Below, piece after piece: positions 27,086-37,737 of a stretch of DNA of 64,000 nt. Source of the stretch: Lama guanicoe. Its lineage: Eukaryota. Numbering within the stretch: position 1 is the stretch's first letter; each line of letters starts with the position of its first letter. Below the pieces are notes generated by a model, which saw only the letters and a program-made list of their open reading frames with translations, searched no databases and was not told where the DNA came from. The position numbers and the translations under genes were made by a program. The DNA lies in the NCBI GenBank assembly GCA_013239625.1, contig MU053304.1, positions 2,666,001 through 2,730,000 of the forward strand. The letters are read 5' to 3'.

Positions 27086-27578
27086 TGAGGTAGGCAGAAT
27101 AATGACCCCAAAAGATATCTGCGTCCAAATTCCTAGAACCTGTTAGCATGTTATCTCACCTAGTAAAAGAGACTTTGCATGTCTGATTAAATTAAGAATT
27201 TGGGGATAGGGAAAGTAGCCTGAATTGTTCAGGTGAGTCCAGTGTAATCACAAGGCTGCTTATAAAAGGAAGAGGAGGCAAGGAAGTTGGTATCACAGTG
27301 AAGCAGCTGGAGAAAGCCTTGACCAGCCACTGCTGGCTTTGCAGGTAGCAGAAGCAGCCAGGACCCAAGGAATTCAGGAGGTCTTGAAGCTGGAAAAGCC
27401 AAGGAACAGATTCTGCTCTAGGACCTCCAGAAGGAACACAGTCCTGCCAGTGTCTCTCTTTCAGCCCAGTACAACCCTTTTCAAATTTCTGATCTCCAGA
27501 TGGCTGAGATAAATGTATGTTTGTGTAAACCACCAAATTTGTGGCAACTTGTTACAGCAGCTATAGAAAACTCATACA
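27086..27578 (+). mobile_element. MaLR solo LTR, MLT1D-like
   Basis: tgaggtaggcagaataatgacccc...gtccagtgtaatcacaagg...gttacagcagctatagaaaactcataca. Confidence 0.9.
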
Positions 27579-27959
27579 CTCTACTGCCAGAGCAAGCTGC
27601 AGAAAAAGATTTCACCTCGTCAAAAAAGGCAGTGAGAAGGATTGATCGATTCATTCAATTTTGATTTTTCAGGACCATTTAAAGAGGTCGAATACTTCAA
27701 ACTTCAGGCCAGTTTGATTTTGTCCTAGCTGATAAATTTATATTATTTTTTGCATTTCCCTAGGATTAAGAGATCAGCTGACCTTAACCTCAGAAAAACA
27801 AGATTCCTGAAGGAATCTTGATTTCAATACTAGAAAGGAAAACGCAAAACTTTGAATCTTGGTAGCGGTTGATTTTTTTTTTTCCATTTGGTTATAGCTT
27901 GTTTCTCCAAGCACACTGACACTGTGAAATCACTTAGCAAGTTTAAATGAAGTATGAAA

Positions 27960-28170
27960 TAACATTGAGAATGGCCAGCTGCGCTCGCTTGGATAGAAAG
28001 GGCTATACTTTGAACTGCTGTTTGCAGTGCTGCCAAACAAAAATACTAACATAAAATGCAGCTGCTGTTTCCAGCTGAAATCTGGCAAATAATTCAGCTG
28101 GAACTAACAGTCAAATATTTAGATTGAGATCTGATTGACTCACAAGGGCAGCAGCTGGATTTAAATAAAT
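27960..28170. promoter_or_regulatory. Candidate bHLH enhancer (five CAGCTG E-boxes plus an AP-1 site)
   Basis: CAGCTG at 27976, 28059, 28072, 28095 and 28152; TGACTCA at 28136; sequence appears non-repetitive; motif evidence only. Confidence 0.4.
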
Positions 28171-28499
28171 TCTTTACCTTTCTCAAGCATCTGAGAAACA
28201 CGAGGACAGCTTACTCAACATAAAATGCAACATGGAGATGGTTTTACTGGTGATTCCCTCCCAAATGTTTCTGGTACAGAACCCTAATTATGTTGATGTG
28301 ATTCAGAAATATATGGTCCCATCCCAGCCCCAGGGGAAGCCTCTAGTTAGTTTAAATCAACCCCAGCATTGTTTCGCTGGTAACTGTTTTTGGTCCAGGA
28401 ATAGCCCCTGAAGTTAGTCACTATATGCCACTCATTCCTGATTGCCACTGAGGGTTATTGTGACAGCAAGAGGAACCAGCTTTAGATAAAACTGATTAA

Positions 28500-28753
28500 A
28501 ATGACAGCATTGCTTTTTGCAATTGCCTTTCCTCACACTCCCTACGCTCCTCATGCCTCAAACTTCCTTGCTTCTTTATTCTTTGGACCATACATAGCCC
28601 AACCCCTTGTCTTTGGAAAGGCCCATCTAAGACTTGTTCTCTCATCTCCTTGCTTGGCTGCCTTGTGAACAAAACCTCTCTTTGCTGCAAAGCTTGATAT
28701 CTCAGCATTTTGGCTTGCCAAGTGTCAGGCAAAACGAGCCTCGTTTGGTTTAC
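28500..28753 (+). mobile_element. ERV1-type LTR, 3' half
   Basis: U5-like end ctcagcattttggcttgccaagtgtcaggcaaaacgagcctcgtttggtttaca. Confidence 0.65.
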
Positions 28754-29158
28754 ACTACTGCCCTTGTGGAGACTCCCCCATCCAGGCACCCTAAGGACAC
28801 TGATTCTTCTGGTTGTGCCCATCCGAGCTCTTCTTAGGAAGGTTATTCGAAGGCTACAATTTCCCCTGTACCACCAAGTACTCTGTCTTCAGCAGGCTGA
28901 GAAAAAAGATACACACCCTCAGTGTCCTTACAGATGCAGGCTCTTAGCAAAAGTGGGCACATCTCCACCCTTACTAAGGTTTGTGAAATGTCAAGAAATA
29001 GACTTCTCAGAGGTCACACCACTAGGTTTGAGATTATCTGATAACTTGGGAGCAATTTAGCATATACAATCATAGCCTCATGACCACGTTACTCCCACTC
29101 CCAAGATGCCACCCCCTGGGGATCTTTTAAGAATCTGCCTCACCTCTGACTCCCCAAA

Positions 29159-29619
29159 TGCGGTAGACAAAATAATGGACTCCCAAAGATACCTACGTTT
29201 TATCCCTGAAACCTGTGCATTTATCACTTTACATGGCCAAAGGGTTATGGTTGAATTAAGGATCTTGCTTTGGGAAGATTATTCTGGATTATCTTATCAA
29301 CCCAGTGTAATCACAAGGATCTTTGTGAGTGAGAGGACGAGGAAGAAGAGTCAGGGTTAGAGAAAAAGATGTAATTATGGAAACAGAAGTTGAGCGGTAT
29401 GAGAAAGGGTCCACGGGCCAAGGATGCAGGTGGCCCTCAAAGATGGGAAAAGCAAGGAGATAATAGATTCAGCTCTCAAAACTTCAGAAGGAATTCAGCC
29501 CTTTTGACACCTTGATTTTAGTCTAGAAAGATCCATTTCAGGCTTATGACCTCCAGAATGATGAGATAATAAATTTGTCTTAAGTCACTAAATTTATAAT
29601 TAATGAGGAAACCAAGACA
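29159..29619 (+). mobile_element. MaLR solo LTR, MLT1D-like
   Basis: tgcggtagacaaaataatgg...cccagtgtaatcacaagg...gacaccttgatttta...gacctccagaa. Confidence 0.9.
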
Positions 29620-29869
29620 TCAAGTTCCATTGCTATTTCAGGTCCACAAATCATGGCCCTATCTCATCTTTCTGACTGAGCACACCAGGGGTATGTTCTT
29701 TTTTTCCTGAAAAGCTTCATGAAGACCAGAAATTCAGAAGGGCCCTCAGGATTTTCCTCCCATAGATTCTGACCCAGGAGTGTAGAGAATACCAAGCTGC
29801 TCTCCATCACGTGCTGGTGGAGGCTGGCTCAAACAAGGACTTCTCTGTTCCTAGCCATGAGGCTAAAAC

Positions 29870-30065
29870 TGGTAGTTCTCCACTTGGCTACACTGGAGAA
29901 AGCTTTTTAAGCTTTGCAGCACCTGGGAAACTATTGAAAGCTCAGGAAGCCCCAGGTTGCATCCCCTACCAGTAAAATCAACATACTAGGGGTGCAACCC
30001 TAGCATCAGCATGGTTTAACTCCCCCTAGGTGATTTCAGGGTGCAGCCAATCTTGAGAAGCATGA
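29870..30065. mobile_element. MER5A-family hAT-Charlie element
   Basis: gtagttctccacttggctacac...ccctaggtgatttcagggtgcagccaatcttgagaag. Confidence 0.75.
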
Positions 30066-30224
30066 AGCTAAACAACTTTTCCTCACTGGTTGAGAAGTGG
30101 TTATGAATCAAAATAGGAATTTAGCTGTCCTTTACCATATGGAATAGTATCAATGGCTCAAAGTTCTTTTTCCACTCCCTGCAAAATGCACCCCAAATTT
30201 CTCCAGCATTTGGTAGCAAAAACA

Positions 30225-30470
30225 TGAACCCCAAATGCAGCCTAATAGCCCAGGTTGAGTTGGATCCTGGCACAGGAAAAGAACATTAGTGGAAAAACTG
30301 GTGACATCCAAATGACATCTGGAACATATTTGACTTTAGTGTACTCACAGTGCTAATGTATCATAGATACGTAAGATTAGGGAAAGCTAGGTATATGGAA
30401 GTCTCTGTACTACATTTATGACCTCTGTGTAAACCTAAAATTACTCCAAAATAAAAAGTGTAATTGAAAA
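30225..30470 (+). mobile_element. L1MC 3' terminus
   Basis: ggatcctggcacaggaaaagaacattagtggaaaaactggtga...ggtatatggaagtctctgtacta...ctaaaattactccaaaataaaaag. Confidence 0.85.
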
Positions 30471-30958
30471 CAAAGCTTGAACTAATTGCCTCATGCTGGC
30501 AGCCAAAACCCGTTTCAGATCTTAACCCACTGGAATAAGCAAACACCTTGAATGTGTCTGGACATGTCTACCATCAATGGCCACTTCACCTCATAAAAGG
30601 ATTCTGATTTCTTAAGAAATTGTATATCTCTAGAGGCTGAGTTAACTAACGGTTTAAATTTGCTTGTTTTTATGGGAGTTTTTCAGGTTAGTTTAGCAAA
30701 GTCGTATGCTGGTGCTTAAATCAAATCATCTGCTTAGTATCCTTCACAACAAAACATTTATGCTCACAACACTTGTAATTGTGGAATCTCTTTAGCTTTC
30801 TGTTAATTCTTCAAGAGCACAGCAAGCATAGGTCTGGTCCATCGTCATCCCTTGCCATCATTCTGTCAGCAGGTAGACTGTCAGCAGTGGGATGTTATTC
30901 TGCTTGTTTCCAAAGTATGTTTCTCCCTGATGGTCTGACTGTACTTGTTGTCACATTA

Positions 30959-31129
30959 AGGAGGAGGAGGAGGGGGCGGAGGAGGAGGAGAAGTGGGAGG
31001 AGGAGGAGGAGTGCGAGGAGGAGGAGGAGAAGTGGGAGAAGTGGGGGAGGAGGAGTGGGAGGAGGAGGAGGTGAAGAAGGGAAAGAAGGAGAAGGAGGAG
31101 GAAAAGAGAGAGGAAAGAAAAGAAAAAAA
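30959..31129. repeat. Polypurine (GGA)n compound low-complexity tract
   Basis: Runs of GGA punctuated by GAAGTG/GAGTG; source of the poly-R, poly-G and poly-S ORFs. Confidence 0.95.
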
Positions 31130-31579
31130 TAACAGTCAATTCAGAGGCCTGGGAAGTTCAATGGTCCAACAATAAGATGACAGCAGGTTTCAGGAAGCAC
31201 ATCACAGCACGGACATCCCTGTCCCCAGTTTCCCATTCATGGCATTTGTCAGTGCTGAGATGTCCACACTTCCTTCCACCCAATGGTCCCATTCAGTTTC
31301 TCTGGGGAAGGAGCCCCCACACCCATTCCTTGACACACAAGCACCGTTACTGTTGTGGAGAGGAGTCCAAGGCCCCCTCCTGCTACTATTCTTAGGAGTA
31401 TCTACTCTTCTAGGATTCTGGCTACCTCATTACATTTCAGCACACCAGGGGTATGTTCTGTTGGAATTTGGGGATCACCTATGGGAGATGTCATTCAAAA
31501 CTTTGCTTGTTGAGATACTCCTCAGAAAATAATATTTAATATCTTAAATGCTGCTTTTCATGAAAACAATTCTAACCCA

Positions 31580-31744
31580 AGTGCAATTTGATTTAGCAAA
31601 TAAAAATACAGGACATCCAGATAAACTGGAATATCAAAAAAAAATTTTTTTGAGAGTCATGTCATACTGATGCTAAAAAATTACTAGTTACTTATCTGAA
31701 ATTCCAATTTAACTGGGTATCCTGTATTCCATCTGGTGATTCTA
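31580..31744. mobile_element. MER53 palindromic MITE, internally deleted
   Basis: gatttagcaaataaaaatacaggacatccag...ttatctgaaattccaatttaactgggtatcctgtatt. Confidence 0.85.
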
Positions 31745-33109
31745 AGAGTGAGCCAAGGAATAGCTTTCAGTGTAGACAAATACTGAGGGTGCAATACTCT
31801 ATGGCCTAAAATGGTGTAGGGAGCTGTCCTTTCCAAGAAGTCAAGAACAGGTAAGTGACTCTTATCTTTGATAACGACATATATGACCATGATTTTTCTT
31901 CCTCCCATACTTTCCACAATGCCTTTCCATTGTATAATTTATTTTTGATGTTTATAAGAGTACTATATTTAGCAATTTTGAAGAATAATGAAATTGCTTT
32001 TTGCATCCAGGAAAGACTTTCCAGGAGAGAGAGAAGCATAGTGCCAATCAATAGGTGGTATCAAAAGAGCACAATCCACACTTTGATTTAAAAATAAGGT
32101 GATGTTATCCACAAGCCCTCCTTGGTGAAACATATATGCCATAGAGAAATGTTTCTCTTGCATCCCAGAACTAAATTATTCCTTAAAAGTGATTTGCCTA
32201 TAGTTTGCTGTGAGAGAAAATGCCATTTTCATGATTGTTATAAAAAAATTATCATTGAAAAACAGGTCATCATATTTGGCTGCAGGAGATAACTATTTAC
32301 TTTCTTTTCACTTCAAACCTCGCAACATGAATTTTCTGGGGTTTTTTGATAAGAGTCTGAAACTAGTACTTTGTAGCTGACATATATCTTTATACTGGAA
32401 GTTTAAACAAATGCCTCCATTTGAGTTTAAATTATTTTTGCTGATTTTTTTTTCTATTAGGTTGTAGAGAACCAAACTCTTCTTTGTTATGTTTAAGAAG
32501 CTTTATATCTGTTCATGACAGTGAACAAGGTTTTTTCCATTCCATTTGAAATGTACATAAATAAAGATTAAGAAAAGATAAATACAAAATTACCTTCCCA
32601 AACAATCTTCACTGTACCCACCAGACTGCATCTTTCCAGCTTTCTAATATTCTGCAACATTATGTCTAGACTCCTGTATCATTAAGTTTTTATTCCAAAA
32701 TTTACTTCTCAGAACTTTGTTAAAATGTATCAGAATGTAAAGTTATATTTCTCACCAGCAACCACTTTCTATCATTTTTGCCCTCTTTTTTTTATTATGT
32801 TTTTACAAAAATAGTGTCCAGCCCAAACTGTAAGACATTTAAATTCACCAGGATAAACAATCAATCTGCTTCTCAATCTTGACTTAGATTATCTACACTC
32901 ATGTTTATTCTGATAAATAATGTCTACATGAAATCACCATGAGCGCTTAGGTCTAGTTCTCTATTTCCCTGTGAATCACCAAGCAGCCTTCTTCCTAACA
33001 GGCTAAATCTGGGCAACCACGTTGGAAGAATAAATGCTAGCATAATGACAAAATAAATGAACAATATTTAAACAATAATTATAACAACAAATTCCCTGAT
33101 TTCTATAAA

Positions 33110-33290
33110 AATTTTCAGTTAGTCCAGGCTTTTCCATCTATACTTCATTAGATATTGATAAGCACCCTATAAAACAAGCAGTTGGCCATTATTATTTCAT
33201 TTAATACATGAAGACACAGTCTCAGTGTGGTTAATGGCTTGTGTCTGAGGTTATAACATTAGTGAGAGATGGGCAGAGCCAGGACCAGTG
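33110..33290 (-). mobile_element. MIR SINE
   Basis: cattattatttcattta...ggttaatggcttgtgtctgaggttataacattagtgagagatgggcagagccagga. Confidence 0.65.
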
Positions 33291-33719
33291 CTCATTAATT
33301 TTTGAACACCTGTCCATGTTCTCTTTGGTATTTGCAAGGGAAAAATTCTCAAGCTACAAGGAAAATCATAGATACAACTTGAGGCTAGGAAGAAACCCGC
33401 TGCAATCTATCTGGATAGGAAGCATGAAGAGAAAATATTCTGTTATGCAACTCTTAAAAACTGGAGCCATGATATTTTGAGTAAAGCCTCAGAGATAACC
33501 CTAAGCCTAAGAATCCACACGTTACATAGCAGCAGGCACTGACAACAGTGACCAGAGCCACCAACACAAAGATGCATTTTACAGAGGCACAGTATGAGAT
33601 GTCTGCTTCCAACACTGGCTCCTCCAAATTCCCTGTATCCAAAATGACTCTTGCTCTCCTCAGAATCCCACAGCACACAGCATTCCTCTTAGGGCACACA
33701 CATGCTGTATTTCAATAGC

Positions 33720-34455
33720 TTGTGACTAGCTGCACCTCTGAGTTGTGTGTTGAGCTTTTGAAACAATACACATTCCTGGTATCCACAGCATATCAAATCA
33801 GATTCTCAGAAAGTAGAGACAAGAAAATATTAGCAAACTAAATCCAACAGTACATTAACAGGACCATACACTATGATCAGTGGGATTTATCCCAGGGACC
33901 AAAGATTTTTCAATATCCATAAATCAATCAATGTGAGACACCACATTAACAGATTAAAGAATAAAAATCATATGATCATCTCAATAGATACAGTAACGCT
34001 TTTGGCAGAAGTCAACATCCCTTTGTGATTAAAAATTCTCCAGAAAGTGGGCTTCGAGGGAACATATCGCAACATAATAAAGGCCATAGATGACAAACCC
34101 ACAGCTAACATCATACTTAGTGGTGGAAAGCTGAAAGCATTTCCTCTAACATCAAGAACAAGACGAGGATTCTCACTCTTGCCACCTCTTTCCAGCATAG
34201 TTTTGGAAGTCATAGCTACAGCAATCAGACAAGAAAAAGAAATAACATGAATCCAAGTGGGAAAGGAAGAAGTAAAACTGTCACTGTTTGCAGATGACAT
34301 AAAATCACACATAGAAAATCCTAAGTACACCACCAGAAAACTACTAGAGCTCATCAACGACGTCAGTCAAGTTGCAGCATACGAAATTAATACGAAGAAC
34401 TTTATATTTTTTAAAAGGTTCTCAGGCAACTCTGATGCATAGTTAGGTTTATACA
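33720..34455. mobile_element. MER5-family element split by an L1 fragment
   Basis: Left half gctgcac...gagcttttgaaacaatacacattcctgg...aaatcagattctc; right half tttatattttttaaaaggttctcaggcaactctgatgcatag. Confidence 0.6.
33824..34399 (+). mobile_element. Internal L1 ORF2 reverse-transcriptase fragment (disrupted)
   Basis: Translations [28 protein letters not shown] and GKEEVKLSLFADD are L1 RT motifs; stops and frameshifts; no 3' UTR or poly(A). Confidence 0.95.
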
Positions 34456-34836
34456 AGGCTACTCCTTGAATTTGCAAACTGATAATTACTTTCATGTAAC
34501 ATTTATCAAGCACATTCCAAATGTGAGGTACAGAAAATAGAACTGAAAAAGGTAATAGAACGTTTCTTCAAAGGGCTCTTAGGAAACAGAAACCTGTAAG
34601 TAAATGCAGTATAAATGTGACAGTGATGCAACTTCTGTGATAACAACTAAACAATAGACACTGCATGTGAGAACAACAGTGGCCCCCCTGTGGAGTGACA
34701 GCTGGGTGGGGTCCACACTTACTCTTCTTCATAGTTCACATCACACTTGATGCCATGCGGGAGTAAACATTCAATAACCCTGTCGCTTGGGATGATTAAT
34801 GGCCTCATAATGTTCTTTTTCAGACCTGACTTTTAT

Positions 34837-35424
34837 TTTTCTTTTCTTTTCTTTTCTTTTTTAGCTTGTCAGGCAACTATTTATTTTATTTTATTTTATT
34901 TTATTTATTTAAATTTTTAACATTTTTATTGATTTATAATCATTTTACAATGTGTCAAATTCCAGTGTAGAGCACAATTTTTCAGTTATACAACATGAAC
35001 ATATATATATATTCATTGTCACATTTTTTTCTCTGAGAGCTACCATAAGATCTTGTATATATTTATTTCCCTGTACTATACAGTATAATCTTGTTTATCT
35101 ATTCTACAGTTTTGAAATCCCGTCTATTCCTTCCCACCCTCCGCCCCCTTGGCAACCACTAGTTTGTATTCTATGTCTATGAATCTGTTTCTGTTTTGTA
35201 TTTATACTTTGTTTGATTGTTTTTTTTTTGTTTATTTGCTTGTTTTTAGATTCCACATATGAGCGATCTCATATGGTATTTCTCTTTCTCTTTCTGGCTT
35301 ACTTCACTTAGAATGGCATTCTCCAGGAGCATCCATGTTGCTGCAAATGGCGTAATGTTGTTGGTTTTTATGGCTGAATAGTATTTCATTGTATAAATAT
35401 ATCACATTTTCTTTATCTAGTCAT
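34837..35424 (-). mobile_element. Young 5'-truncated camelid L1 with TSD and a double A tail
   Basis: Reverse L1 3' UTR; 12-bp TSD CCTGACTTTTAT at 34825-34836 and 35425-35436. Confidence 0.95.
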
Positions 35425-35829
35425 CCTGACTTTTATATTTCTTAAGCTTAATTCCATGTTCAGACTATAAGACTTAGGCAACATCTTCCAGCCTCCGCCC
35501 CCTTGGCAACCACTAGTTTGTATTCTATGTCTATGAATCTGTTTCTGTTTTGTATTTATACTTTGTTTGATTGTTTTTTTTTTGTTTATTTGCTTGTTTT
35601 TAGATTCCACATATGAGCGATCTCATATGGTATTTCTCTTTCTCTTTCTGGCTTACTTCACTTAGAATGGCATTCTCCAGGAGCATCCATGTTGCTGCAA
35701 ATGGCGTAATGTTGTTGGTTTTTATGGCTGAATAGTATTTCATTGTATAAATATATCACATTTTCTTTATCTAGTCATCCTGACTTTTATATTTCTTAAG
35801 CTTAATTCCATGTTCAGAGTATAAGACTT
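35138..35829 (+). repeat. 338-bp tandem duplication with a 16-nt filler
   Basis: 35138-35475 matches 35492-35829, with one substitution seen (cagac/cagag); filler AGGCAACATCTTCCAG. Confidence 0.97.
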
Positions 35830-35869
35830 TTTTAAAAAAAAATAAGAAACAAAGAGGCAAAGCTCTTTC

Positions 35870-37100
35870 TCACCCACATCCTAATCTCAATTCCTGTTCC
35901 AGAGACAAACTCTCCACTCCTTTAGATGTCTTATCTGCTCTTTACCTCCAGGCTTTCAAATAACCTGCTACTACTGTATCTCTTAAGTTTAGGTTTAGAT
36001 CTCACCTATTTGTTTCTGTACACGATTCTCCTTTTGAATCAATCACATGTTCCCCTCCCATCTTCGATATGATAATACACACTATTTGTTAAATCAGTAT
36101 GCAATGTTTGTATTATTATACCATGTGGACATTATTTAAAAAGCAAGCTTTAATTCTAAATTAGTGTGCATTGTAAAATAGTTTTTGATGGTAATAATTT
36201 CCTTTTTTAAAAATAAATATATTTATTTATTTATTTATGTTTTCCCTTTAATCAGTGTACAAATGTACAGATTCCTGCAAAAACATAAGGAAACAAAATC
36301 ATCAAAAAGCAAGGTAAGAGGGGAAGGGTAGAGTTCAGGTGGTAGAGTGCATGCATATTTAGCATGTTGAGGTCCTAGGTTTAATCCCCAGTACTTCCTC
36401 TGAGAATAAATATCATGAGTAAACCTAATTACTCACCTCCACCAAAAAAAAAATAGCAAAGTCACCCTTAAATTATTTAGCTTTATATATACATACATAG
36501 TTTGTATGCACATATATATTTTTCTACTTGTATATTTTTGTATGTTTGTGTGTATGTGTGAGTAGATAGATAGCTACATAGATGAGCTATTTATTCAGTC
36601 ATTTAGCAGCTTAAGCCTAAAATTTCTTTTATCATGGTTATTCCTTGTAACCAAACACATCAGGCGAACTATGTATCCATTCTTTTTTTGAAGACAACTC
36701 TCCTGGACCCCATGGTCCTTCTACTTTGTGTTGGTCCATTTGCCGTGAGGCTTGCCATGCAGGTGTGCGTATACATATGATCCTGGCTGTGTCACCTTCC
36801 TGTCTTTCTCTGTCTTGACTGATCCTTCTCCTTCAGTGAGTGTTCTTGCTATACCTTCTGAAAAGGCAGACACATCTGAACATCTTTATTCTACTTCCAC
36901 ATCTGACTGATGATTTAGATTGGGATAGAAGTCTAAGTTAGAAGTAATCTCTTCCATTTTGAAGACATTCTTCACTTCTTTATCATTTGCTCATTTGTTG
37001 CTATTTAGAAATCTGATGCCCAATTTTATGCAAGTTACCAGTCTTTTTTTTTTTTAATCCTTTCTCTGGAATTTGAATCTTGTTGGTACCCGGTGTCACT
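35870..37100 (-). mobile_element. Very old L1ME-like fragments
   Basis: catctgaacatctttattctacttccacat; ctatttagaaatctgatgcc, typical of reverse L1 ORF1. Confidence 0.5.
36318..36453 (+). mobile_element. tRNA-derived camelid SINE (Vic-1-like)
   Basis: ggggaagggtagagttcaggtggtagagtgcatgc (A box)...gaggtcctaggtttaatccccagtac (B box)...aaacctaattac, then A tail; degenerate TSD aaaaagcaaggtaa/aaatagcaaagtca. Confidence 0.9.
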
Positions 37101-37114
37101 GGGCATTCACTGTA

Positions 37115-37477
37115 CTGAGAATTTGCTAGAAAATGAATCATTTGAGCTGCTTAGATAAAACCAGTAATGTTCAGATACTTCCACTTCCCTCCTCAAGATT
37201 CAGATTTCACTGCCTGAGTGAAGTCTGAGCAACATTTTTTAAAGTTCCCGAATAATTCCATTGTACACTGTATAGCCGGGGTTGAGAAGCACCACTCTCT
37301 ATCAGTGGTTTTCAAACTTTAATGTGCATACAAATTGGATTTAACCAGGATTGATCTGACTGAAATAAAGGTTTTTGACTCAGAAGAGCAAGGAGATGCC
37401 TGAGAATTGGCATTTCTAACAGGTGTCCAGGTGGTACCCATGCCAATGATGGAGGTACACTGACTCTGGACACACTG
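37115..37477. mobile_element. Two adjacent MER5-family elements
   Basis: First ends ggggttgagaagcaccact (~37295); second cagtggttttcaaactttaatgtgcata...gcatttctaacaggtgtccaggtg...acactg (37303-37477). Confidence 0.75.
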
Positions 37478-37737
37478 GGTGTGAAAATTCTTCCCCTAAA
37501 GCTTATTAGGAAAGAAGTACCCTGGGCTCCAGACAACATGAATCAGGATCTTCTTTTTTATGCTGATCTCCTGCTGATTTTTATTCATATTAATGTTTGA
37601 GACACTTTGTTCTAAAGGAACTACCTTAGAAATAAAGAAGAAATAATTCAGGGTGGACTGACTCCTAACATAGTAATACAGTTTAATTAAGCAACAGAAC
37701 TTAAACTTCATTGGGTCTGGCTTAAAAAAAATATCCT

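Noticed and set aside
30779..31175. Arg/Gly/Glu/Ser-rich ORFs (protamine-like look)
   Set aside because: Translations of the GGA repeat
33968..34442. Reverse-transcriptase-like ORFs as a functional or novel RT gene
   Set aside because: Fragmented L1 ORF2 with stops and frameshifts; the minus-strand ORF is the usual L1 antisense frame
6300..34695. CTCF-like motifs at ~6305 (tgccccctatg) and ~34681 (ggcccccctgtgg)
   Set aside because: Each has several mismatches in the core consensus
36318..36400. tRNA gene
   Set aside because: A and B boxes belong to a decayed SINE with an A tail and TSD; no intact cloverleaf
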